This document shows positions 1-8,100 of a stretch of DNA of 37,181 nucleotides, piece after piece. The DNA is taken from the IMG/VR virus record IMGVR_UViG_3300020269_000019, positions 1-37,181 of that record; one strand, written 5' to 3'. Made by a program: the position numbers and the translations under genes. The notes under the pieces are model-generated. The model ran no database searches. It was given only the letters and a program-made list of their open reading frames with translations, and was not told the origin of the DNA. Every line of letters begins with the position of its first letter. Within the stretch, counting starts at the first letter, position 1. This DNA is from a virus (Duplodnaviria > Caudoviricetes).

Positions 1-248
1 ACGGGAAAACCACTGATTGCACTATTGATGGTCATTCTTACAATGTATGGAATGGGACAGTAACGACTTTAAGAGACGTTCCTAATATGACCCCTAAGAC
101 ATACAAACTTATACAAGATGACTACAGAAAAGCAGCAATGGAAATTAGCAGCATTACTGAAAGTGAGACTGGCGAAATCCTAACCGCATCTGAAATTCAA
201 GCGATCACATGGGTTGCCTATCGCAGAATACATAAAAACCTTATCTAA
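1..248 (+). CDS. 3' part of a conserved phage hypothetical protein (DUF7178-like), truncated by the window edge
   Basis: Frame 3 is open from base 3 to TAA 246-248: GKTTDCTIDGHSYNVWNG...TYKLIQDDYRKAA...EIQAITWVAYRRIHKNLI*. The TIDGH...Y..AA...IQAITWV pattern resembles a recurrent phage family (recalled, not searched). A terminator follows. Confidence 0.75.
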   Translation, partial: GKTTDCTIDGHSYNVWNGTVTTLRDVPNMTPKTYKLIQDDYRKAAMEISSITESETGEILTASEIQAITWVAYRRIHKNLI

Positions 249-270
249 ACTTTTGTTACAGATAAGACCC

Positions 271-294
271 AAACCCCACTAAGGGGTTTTTTTT
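271..294 (+). terminator. Rho-independent terminator-like hairpin
   Basis: AAACCCC(271-277)-ACTAA-GGGGTTT(283-289), with a T run to 294, 22 nt after the stop at 248. Confidence 0.75.
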
Positions 295-299
295 ATGGT

Positions 300-305
300 T
301 ATAAT
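300..305 (+). promoter_or_regulatory. sigma70-like -10 box of a probable early promoter
   Basis: Perfect TATAAT 30-35 nt upstream of the ATG at 335, with an AGGA RBS at 327-330. No canonical -35 box. Confidence 0.5.
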
Positions 306-334
306 AGAAGAGTAAACACATCACATAGGACGCT

Positions 335-583
335 ATGTTATCATCACTCATTCGTTGCAAAATTCGATCAGGTCTAATCAAGCATGGTCAACTAACTTGC
401 AGCGAGTTAGTCCGCACTATGGGACTAGACCCAGTTCGCCACAAGGGAACAATTCATGGATTCATGGTAGACCTTGAGGACGCTGGAGTATTAACCGCCA
501 CCCGTAAAAAAGGTAGAAGGCATCTCTGGTCAATTAACCAAATCAGAAAACGTGATCGCCTCGCCTCTCTGGTTATGGCATAA
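335..583 (+). CDS. small basic protein, possible winged helix-turn-helix DNA-binding protein
   Basis: 82 aa with an AGGA RBS. The pattern LTCSELVRTMG...TIHGFMVDLEDAGVL...KKGRRHLW resembles an ArsR/MarR-like wHTH. It sits between a promoter and a terminator. Confidence 0.65.
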   Translation: MLSSLIRCKIRSGLIKHGQLTCSELVRTMGLDPVRHKGTIHGFMVDLEDAGVLTATRKKGRRHLWSINQIRKRDRLASLVMA

Positions 584-603
584 GCACCGCATGAGTGCAA
601 CCG

Positions 604-629
604 CCCCTGAGCAATCAGGGGTTTTTTTT
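604..629 (+). terminator. Rho-independent terminator with a GNRA tetraloop
   Basis: CCCCTGA(604-610)-GCAA-TCAGGGG(615-621) is a perfect 7-bp stem followed by T8 (622-629). Confidence 0.9.
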
Positions 630-679
630 ATGCCTATGCGTGGTAGTCATTCGTGATGACATGCCTACAGACAGTAGTC
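630..679. repeat. bipartite direct repeat ATGCCTA-N6-GTAGTC x2, 31-bp period
   Basis: Copies at 630-648 and 661-679. The 7-nt and 6-nt arms are identical and the 6-nt spacers differ. Confidence 0.6.
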
Positions 680-781
680 GTATTTGACAGTGATTTTGGG
701 GCGTGTGCCGATTAGCGAAGCGGCCGTGCGAAATAAAAATGGATAGAGACCCTAACCTACAGAGGTGACAATTCGAGTGTG

Positions 782-790
782 TGTTATAAT
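782..790 (+). promoter_or_regulatory. extended -10 sigma70-like promoter (TGnTATAAT)
   Basis: TGTTATAAT at 782-790 in a non-coding gap. GTGACA at 765-770 is too close (14-nt spacer) to be a normal -35 box. Confidence 0.45.
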
Positions 791-834
791 GCATATAGAA
801 AAATTCTCAGGGAAAAAATCCTCTCAAAAGGGTC

Positions 835-842
835 GATAAATA
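835..842 (+). promoter_or_regulatory. T4-type late promoter box (gp55-dependent)
   Basis: Intergenic GATAAATA matching the NATAAATA late consensus, upstream of the ORF at 936. Confidence 0.5.
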
Positions 843-935
843 ATCACGGGCATTCAGAGCGGTCTGGGTCTAGTAAACTCATTCATTAATAGTTCGTGCC
901 CCCTTAGATAATCTAAGTTGTTACTACACTTACTC

Positions 936-1109
936 ATGACCGAAAAAATCTACCATATCTACGACGAAGAAACTTGTATTGCCCCCTGTGTGTCTGAAGA
1001 GACATTCCATAAGCATTGGGAACAAAAGATTAAAAACCATCCAGATAAGTTAGATTATGAAGAACTTGATAATGAGGTAGACAAAGAACTTACGGAAGGT
1101 TCTTATTGA
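936..1109 (+). CDS. small acidic hypothetical phage protein
   Basis: The track ORF 918..1109 starts at TTG. The in-frame ATG at 936 (MTEKIYHIYDEETCI...) is the more likely start. Confidence 0.7.
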   Translation: MTEKIYHIYDEETCIAPCVSEETFHKHWEQKIKNHPDKLDYEELDNEVDKELTEGSY

Positions 1110-1134
1110 CAATTGGATTACATTACAGTAAAAT
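1106..1134 (+). promoter_or_regulatory. sigma70-like promoter
   Basis: TTGACA (1106-1111), 17-nt spacer, TAAAAT (1129-1134), ending 21 nt before the ATG at 1156. Confidence 0.8.
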
Positions 1135-1155
1135 TGAACTACATTACCAAAGGTT

Positions 1156-1941
1156 ATGGCAAAGGGATTTACGGTGAAGGCTGCTGCACCTAAGAAGAAA
1201 GAAGCAGAATGGAATTACGACGAGATTAAACAAAGAATGAGAGGTAAGGCAATAGTCTTCTGCTTACCAGGTAGAGGATGTTCTTATCAGTTCATGAAGA
1301 ACTTCGTACAACTCTGTTTTGACTTAGTTCAAAATCAGATGAGTATCCAGATCTCACAAGACTATTCATCTATGGTTAACTTTGCAAGATGCAAAGTATT
1401 AGGAGCAAACGTATTACGTGGTCCTAAACAGATACCTTGGGATGGTAAACTTAAATATGACTATCAGTTATGGATTGATAGTGACATAGTATTCAATACA
1501 GAGAAGTTCTGGCAGTTATGTGATCTAGCAGTTCCTGGTCCAGACAAAGAAGGCAATGCTGTCGCAGAGCGAGAGATTGCAGCAGGTTGGTATGCTACTG
1601 AAGATGGTCACACTACCTCAGTTGCTCACTGGTTAGATGAAGATGACTTCCGTAAGAACGGTGGAGTTATGAATCATGAAACAGTAGAGTCTATGAGTAA
1701 GAGACGCAAACCTTTTACTGTCGATTACACAGGATTTGGTTGGGTTCTTATTCGTAAGGGTGTATTTGAGCGTCTCGAATATCCTTGGTTTGCCCCTAAG
1801 ATGCAAGTCTTTGAGTCAGGCAATGTTCAGGACATGTGTGGCGAAGATGTCTCATTCTGTCTAGATGCCAAAGAAGCAGAGGTAGAGACTTGGTGCGATC
1901 CTCGTATCAGAGTCGGTCACGAGAAGATGCGTGTTATCTAA
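1156..1941 (+). CDS. putative glycosyltransferase (GT-A / GT2-like fold), typical of cyanomyophages
   Basis: 261 aa. It has a VFCLPG beta-strand, NFARC, a DxD motif (LWIDSDI), TGFGWVLIRKGVF, a GEDVSFC acidic motif and a C-terminal VGH. Confidence 0.75.
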   Translation: MAKGFTVKAAAPKKKEAEWNYDEIKQRMRGKAIVFCLPGRGCSYQFMKNFVQLCFDLVQNQMSIQISQDYSSMVNFARCKVLGANVLRGPKQIPWDGKLKYDYQLWIDSDIVFNTEKFWQLCDLAVPGPDKEGNAVAEREIAAGWYATEDGHTTSVAHWLDEDDFRKNGGVMNHETVESMSKRRKPFTVDYTGFGWVLIRKGVFERLEYPWFAPKMQVFESGNVQDMCGEDVSFCLDAKEAEVETWCDPRIRVGHEKMRVI

Positions 1942-2111
1942 TGACATACGGAACCCTTTATAACCTTTATTATAACGGTGAGTTACTTTATAAGTGTCTC
2001 ACCGAAGAGGAACTGGGTGAAGTTATACAAGATTATGCTGACCGCTTTTTCTCGGACAGTGAGAATAATATCGACCCAGATAAAATTGATGTACAACCAC
2101 AACGGAGATAG
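1941..2111 (+). CDS. small acidic hypothetical protein
   Basis: The ATG at 1941 overlaps the upstream TAA (TAATG coupling): MTYGTLYNLYYNGELLYKCLTEEE... This start is preferred over the track start at 1836. Confidence 0.75.
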   Translation: MTYGTLYNLYYNGELLYKCLTEEELGEVIQDYADRFFSDSENNIDPDKIDVQPQRR

Positions 2112-2113
2112 TA

Positions 2114-2266
2114 ATGCCCGTCAAAACTAAATCAGGAGCATGGGGATCTTCCCAATTTGTAGAGACAATCCCCAAAAAAACTCGGCAAGGAAGAGGCAAG
2201 CATACAAAATATGCAGCAACGTCTCGAAATAGTGCTAAAAAAAGATACAAAGGACAAGGTAGATGA
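2114..2266 (+). CDS. 50-aa highly basic protein (not in the ORF track)
   Basis: GGAG RBS at 2104-2107. Translation: MPVKTKSGAWGSSQFVETIPKKTRQGRGKHTKYAATSRNSAKKRYKGQGR*. The stop overlaps the next ATG (ATGA 2263-2266). Confidence 0.8.
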   Translation: MPVKTKSGAWGSSQFVETIPKKTRQGRGKHTKYAATSRNSAKKRYKGQGR

Positions 2267-2457
2267 ACGTACAAGACTTAATCACCGCAATCGCTCGTTT
2301 TCCAGAAGAATACAAAGAGATGCGGAAGGGAAAACTATCTAAGAGACAGATAGAACTTCTTGATGGTGCGGAGATTAAGTCTCACGAAGGTATGGTCTTT
2401 GGTCAGATGTATGCTGACTGGAAAGTAAGAAAGGGGTTTGATAATGAGAATGAATGA
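2263..2457 (+). CDS. small hypothetical protein
   Basis: 64 aa, ATGA-coupled to the upstream gene. Confidence 0.7.
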   Translation: MNVQDLITAIARFPEEYKEMRKGKLSKRQIELLDGAEIKSHEGMVFGQMYADWKVRKGFDNENE

Positions 2458-2617
2458 TCAAACCAAACTAATGTATGCTTTAGAGCATATTGATCACCTC
2501 TATGATTTAATAGAGGATAATTATTGGGAAGATTACCTCTATGATAATATAAGGAGTATGGAAGTTATTTTAGAGGCACAATTAGACGAAATAAATAAAA
2601 AGAAATTCCGAAGATAA
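2444..2617 (+). CDS. 57-aa helical hypothetical protein (not in the ORF track)
   Basis: AAGGGG RBS at 2431-2436. Translation: MRMNDQTKLMYALEHIDHLYDLIEDNYWEDYLYDNIRSMEVILEAQLDEINKKKFRR*. It fills the gap exactly. Alternative start at 2450. Confidence 0.7.
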   Translation: MRMNDQTKLMYALEHIDHLYDLIEDNYWEDYLYDNIRSMEVILEAQLDEINKKKFRR

Positions 2618-2620
2618 ATA
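2613..2620 (+). promoter_or_regulatory. T4-type late promoter box
   Basis: GATAAATA overlapping the stop at 2615-2617. A second AATAAATA lies at 2590-2597. Confidence 0.6.
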
Positions 2621-2643
2621 TATACGGCATACGTCCTGAAAAA

Positions 2644-2841
2644 ATGGATACCTGGCATAATCCTGGTTATTTTAAAAGGAATAGTGGAGGCAAATTAGTG
2701 GAAATTGACAATAGGACTCTGATTACAGAGACTGACTCAGATCATCAGTTAAAAAAGATTGCTAAACGCAATGTTGATTTACCGAAAGAAGAACTATACG
2801 ATCCTTCTACGGAAAGAACTGATTGGGAAGTGTCTAAATAG
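2644..2841 (+). CDS. small hypothetical protein
   Basis: 65-aa ORF after a late box. An alternative in-frame GTG start at 2698 has GGAGG at 2686-2690. Confidence 0.65.
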   Translation: MDTWHNPGYFKRNSGGKLVEIDNRTLITETDSDHQLKKIAKRNVDLPKEELYDPSTERTDWEVSK

Positions 2842-2868
2842 ATATTAAATAATAGTATTAAATAAATA
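2833..2868 (+). promoter_or_regulatory. cluster of late-promoter-like TAAATA boxes upstream of gp25
   Basis: TCTAAATA 2833-2840, ATTAAATA 2844-2851 and 2857-2864, AATAAATA 2861-2868. Confidence 0.6.
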
Positions 2869-2870
2869 TC

Positions 2871-3272
2871 ATGCCCGTAGAGAGATCCAGTGTTGGATTT
2901 AAGGATATTAGTCTGTCGTTAAAGAGAAATCCTCTTACGAAAGACATATTAGTGCTTAAAAATGAGTCTGCTATCTCTCGTTCTGTGCAAAATCTTGTTC
3001 TTACCCTCCAAGGTGAGAAAATGTTCAATCCTAGTTTGGGGTGTGCAGTAAATAGACTACTTTTTGAGAACGTAGACTCCTTTACTGCTGATAATTTAAG
3101 GAGAGAGATTGAAGCAGTTATAAAAAACTACGAACCAAGGGTAATTATTGATAATGTAGAGGTCGAACCAGACTTTGATAGGAATGCAATGGATGTGACT
3201 TTAGTATATCTGATAATTGGTATTGACGCACAACCACAACAATTATCATTTGTCTTATTACCGACTCGATAG
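2871..3272 (+). CDS. gp25: baseplate wedge subunit / sheath initiator, T4 gp25-like
   Basis: 133 aa with FKDISLS...AISRSVQNLVLT..GEK.F.P.LG...LLFE...I..YEPRV motifs, immediately upstream of gp6. Confidence 0.93.
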   Translation: MPVERSSVGFKDISLSLKRNPLTKDILVLKNESAISRSVQNLVLTLQGEKMFNPSLGCAVNRLLFENVDSFTADNLRREIEAVIKNYEPRVIIDNVEVEPDFDRNAMDVTLVYLIIGIDAQPQQLSFVLLPTR

Positions 3273-5180
3273 ATGGCATTAGTAAATTTTTCAAATTTAG
3301 ATTTTGATCAAATCAAAACGCAGGTTAAAAGTTACCTGCGTACTAACAGTGATTTCACTGATTTTGATTTTGACGGGTCTAATTTTTCTATATTATTAGA
3401 CACTTTAGCATATAATACTTACATATCAGCATATAATGCCAATATGCTCTCTAATGAGGTGTTTATTGATGGTGCAACACTAAGAGAGAACGTTGTATCA
3501 TTAGCAAGAAACGTTGGTTATATACCTAGATCAAATATATCAGCAAAAGCAAAGATATCATTCTTCCTATCTACCAGTAATTTAACTACAAACCCTACTG
3601 CAATCACTCTTAAAAAGGGTATTGTGGCAACAAGTGCGTCTAATTTTGGTAAACAGAGTTATACATTCTCTATTCCAGAAGATATTACCGTTCCAGTGTC
3701 TGGTGGTATTGCTAGTTTTGATGAAATAAGCATATATGAAGGAATTTATTTAACAGAAACCTTTACTTATGATGCGTTAAACAAAGATCAACGCTTTATT
3801 CTCAATAATACCAACATTGATAGCTCTTTATTGAGAATTGATGTAAGAGAATCCAAGGAAAGTTCGATAAGTAGGAAATATAAGTATGTAAATAACATCA
3901 CTGAACTAAAAAGTACTGATGATGTCTTCTTTTTGAACGAAATTGACGATCAAAGGTACGAAATCTTCTTTGGTGATGGTATTTTTGGTCGAAAATTACA
4001 AGATAAGAACTATATTATTGCTTCTTACATCACTACAGTGGCATCAGAGGCAAATGGAGTCTCAGAATTTACTTTTGTAGGTAGATTACATGATAATAAT
4101 GGTAACGTAATCAAACTTCCTTCACCAATTGTGACTGCTGATGAGGCATCTGGTGGTGGAACATCAATTGAGACTATCGCTTCTATCAAAAAATTTGCTC
4201 CTAGAGTATATGCTTCTCAAAATAGAGCGGTAACTGCTACTGATTATGAGACAATTTTACCTCAAATCTTCCCTGAAACTGAGTCTGTATCTGTTTTTGG
4301 TGGTGAAGAACTCAGTCCACCAAAATTTGGTAAGGTTTATATTACAGTAAAACCAAGAAATGGTACATATTTACCAAATAATATAAAAGACAACCTAAAA
4401 ACTGCTCTTAAAAAGTATGCAGTTGCAGGAATTGTCCCTGAATTTGTAGATTTGAAGTTCCTTCATATCGAATATAACACTTTTGTTTACTATAATGCCA
4501 ATTTAGGTACTGCAGAACAGTTAAAAAGTGTTATAACAACCAATATTGAAAAATATTCTGATTCTACTGACCTTAATAAGTATGGATCAAGATTCAAATA
4601 CAGTAAATTCCTTAAACTAATTGACGATTCTGATCGTGCAATTACATCAAACATCACAAAGATGAATATGAGAAGGGATTTAAAAGTACTAATTAATGAA
4701 TTTGCAGAGTATGAGATCTGTTTTGGTAATGAATTCCACATTAAAGATGCTACTGGGTATAACTTTAAGACATCTGGGGTCTCTGTTAGTGGTATAACAG
4801 GTACTGTTTACTTCAGTGATATTCCAAATAAAGATATGATGACTGGTAAGATTGTTATATTCAAGTTGGATGCTACACAAACACCTGTAGTTGTACGTCA
4901 GAATGCTGGTAAAATCGACTATAAGAAGGGTGAGATTACTATTAATGCTCTAAATATTACTGCTACAACTAAAAAGGCATCTGGAGACCAAATAATTGAG
5001 GTCTCTGCTATTCCAAAGTCAAATGACATTATTGGAAAACAAGATTTATATCTACAATTAAGTACATCTTCATCTCACATTAATATGGTTTCCGACACAA
5101 TTTCCTCTGGAGCAGAGCTCTCAGGATCGGGATATATAGTATCATCTAGCTACACCGACGAGGAATACGTAAGGTTGTAA
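3273..5180 (+). CDS. gp6: baseplate wedge subunit, T4 gp6-like
   Basis: 635 aa with LDFDQIK...FTDFDFDGSN.SILLD.LAYNT, A...GY.PRS, FGDGIFG, QNRAVTATDY and GGEE..PP.FGKV motifs. Confidence 0.95.
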   Translation: MALVNFSNLDFDQIKTQVKSYLRTNSDFTDFDFDGSNFSILLDTLAYNTYISAYNANMLSNEVFIDGATLRENVVSLARNVGYIPRSNISAKAKISFFLSTSNLTTNPTAITLKKGIVATSASNFGKQSYTFSIPEDITVPVSGGIASFDEISIYEGIYLTETFTYDALNKDQRFILNNTNIDSSLLRIDVRESKESSISRKYKYVNNITELKSTDDVFFLNEIDDQRYEIFFGDGIFGRKLQDKNYIIASYITTVASEANGVSEFTFVGRLHDNNGNVIKLPSPIVTADEASGGGTSIETIASIKKFAPRVYASQNRAVTATDYETILPQIFPETESVSVFGGEELSPPKFGKVYITVKPRNGTYLPNNIKDNLKTALKKYAVAGIVPEFVDLKFLHIEYNTFVYYNANLGTAEQLKSVITTNIEKYSDSTDLNKYGSRFKYSKFLKLIDDSDRAITSNITKMNMRRDLKVLINEFAEYEICFGNEFHIKDATGYNFKTSGVSVSGITGTVYFSDIPNKDMMTGKIVIFKLDATQTPVVVRQNAGKIDYKKGEITINALNITATTKKASGDQIIEVSAIPKSNDIIGKQDLYLQLSTSSSHINMVSDTISSGAELSGSGYIVSSSYTDEEYVRL

Positions 5181-5184
5181 GGAT

Positions 5185-8100
5185 ATGCAAAATAGAGTAA
5201 AAGCCCGCCACCTAATACAGGACCAGGTACCTAGTTTTGTTAGGGACAATTATCCTGAATTCCAAGGATTCCTTAGATCTTATTACGAATCTTTGGAGGA
5301 ACCTGGTGGTCCGTCGGATATATTAAACAATATTGATCAATATGTAAGGTTAGAGAATTTATCAGAGTTAGTTTATTATACTAATACTACTGAAGGTATT
5401 GGTATATTTACTGATGAAATATCAGTAGATAATACACAAGGATTTCCTGAGACTCATGGTTTAATTCAAATTGATGATGAAATTATAAGTTATCAATCTA
5501 AAACACCAACTACATTTGTTGGATGTGAAAGAGGATTTAGTGGAATAACATCATATAAGGGGCAAGTAGAAGATAGTTTAACATTTAGTGATACTGAAGT
5601 AGAAGAGCATGTTACTAGTTCTGTAGTATACAATTTACATGCATTATTCTTATTTGAGTTCTATAGGAAGTTTAAAGCACAATATGCACCAGGATTTGAA
5701 GATGTATCCTTCTTTGAAGCAATTAATGAAAAGATTATTGTCTCTAGATTAAAAGATTTTTATTCTGCTAAGGGTGCTAGTTCATCCTTTGATATTCTTT
5801 TTAAAGTAATTTTTGGTGTTGATATATCAGTTGTTAAACCAAGAGACTTTTTATTACAACCATCAGATGCTGATTATAGGATTGTTAGGGATCTTGTAGT
5901 ACAGAAGATGGTTGGAGATCCTAATGATCTTGTTAATAGGACTTTATTCCAGGATGAATCAGGTAAAATTCAAAAAGCAACTGGTTCTATTACTGCAGTT
6001 GAACAACTTATAAAAGATAATCAAGCTTATTATAGATTAAGTCTTGATTATAATCCAGATATTGAACTCTTTAAATTTACAGTTCATCCTAAAACAAGAA
6101 TTACTGCAGAAGTTGGTTTAGGGCAAGATTATATTGACGTTGACTCTGCTATCAGTTTTCCAGATGCTGGAACACTTAATGTTACTATTGATAATGTTAT
6201 ATACGATATTACCTATACTTCTAGGTCTTCTAACCAGTTCTTTGGATTAAATTCTCCTGTTGTAATTCCAATTACTACTGATATAACAACTCCAGACTAT
6301 GCATATTCTGTAGATAATGAAGGAAATGATATAAGAGTTAAAATAACTGGTGTTCTTGGTGAATTAATTTATGATTCTGAGTCATCAAACTATTATCAAC
6401 CAGGAGATCAAGTTGAAATTATATCTTTAGGATTTGATTCTCAAGAACAAATTTATAAGAGTTGGGTTTCTAATATTACACCTGAATATGATATATCTAA
6501 TATTGTAAAATTAACTAATAATATCAATGGTGCAGCACAATATAGATTAACTACGTATGATAATCATATATTTACTTTGGGTGATATTGGTGTATTAATT
6601 GCTAGTGATGGAACAACTTATGATGTAAGTGTTCTTGGGGTAGGTGATGAAAAAACCTTTGATGTTAATTTACCTGCAAATCTTGTAACTGCAAACCTAT
6701 CATTTATTATTAGAAGAGGAATATCTAAAGTTTTAGCAACCAATCTTCCAAATCTATCAAAGGTATCTGCTAATTTACAAAATGTTTATACATCATTAAA
6801 TCATGGTCTTAGAGATGCTTATGTAATATCTCCTTCTTTACCAGATTACTTTAATACACCAATTGTACCAAAAGATCAATCAGTACTCTTCAGTGGTCAA
6901 TTTAACGGATTTGAGTTGAACATTGGTTCAAACCCATTTTATAGTGGTGATCCTATTTGGTATAGTGCAAATAATAATATACCCCTTAATATTCCTGAAG
7001 GTCAATATTACGTTAAAAAGGTTAATGCAAGTACAATTAGTCTTGCAACAAGTAAATCAAATATCAGAAATGGTATTTTTGTAAGGGTTTTTGGTACAGT
7101 AACTAATAATAAGTTAGAATTACTAGATTTTTATAATAAAGAGATAAAAACTCAAAATATTGTTAGAAAATTCAGTAAACCTGAAATTGCTGATGAATCT
7201 GAGAATACAACACCAGGACAAATAGGAATGTTCCTTAATGGTGTTGAATTATTGAACTATAAGTCTAGTGATCTGGTATATTATGGTCAACTTGAAGGTG
7301 TTGATGTTGCTGCTGTAGGTGATTCAAATTATGATGTTATTAATCCACCCATATTACATATTGAAGATGGTGTAGGGGCAGGAACATCAAATGTAGGTAC
7401 AGGTGCAACTGGTGTATGTAATATTACTGGTTCATTAAAACGCATTGATATTATTGACAAAGGTTTTGATTACATATCTTCTAGTGGTAATCCAACAGTA
7501 TCTATTTTTGGTGGAGAAGGTGACGGTGCAGAAGCAAAATGTAATTTATCTAGTGTTACTCATAGAATTAAATTTAACACTGCAGAAGAATATTCTGATG
7601 TAAACCTTAATGAAAATACTATTGGTTTTAGTACTTATCATAAACTAAGACCACAAGAAAAAGTTGTTTATAAGAGTGTAGACCAAACTGTTGTAGGTGG
7701 TTTAATTGATAGATCAATTTATTTTGTTGGTATAGTTGATGAAAAGACTATTAAATTACATACTAGTTACAAAGATGCTGTTATTGGAATAAACACAGTA
7801 GATTTTACTGGAAATGGTGAAGGTCTTCAATTTATTGAAGCATTTGATAAAAAGAATATAGTATCATCCGTTGAAGTTGTTAATGGTGGTTCTGGGTATA
7901 AGAATAAAACATTATATTTTGATCCTTTTGCTGTTAATATTAATAATAATACTTTAAAAATAGAAAATCACGGTTATAAAGACAAGGAAACTGTACTCTT
8001 TATTAATGAGGGTGGTTCATTCCCTGTTGGTGTTGCATCTACTACACAATATTTGGTTAAAGTTGTTGATAAGGATAATATTAGAATTGCTAGGAAAGTT

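Noticed and set aside
684-689. TTGAC(A) at about 685-690 as a -35 box
   Set aside because: No plausible -10 box lies 16-18 nt downstream; the sequence there is GC-rich.
1836-1940. N-terminal extension of track ORF 1836..2111
   Set aside because: It overlaps the GT gene out of frame. The TAATG-coupled ATG at 1941 is a better start.
2023-2274. Minus-strand 83-aa ORF
   Set aside because: It is antisense to well-coupled + strand genes, including the 50-aa basic ORF.
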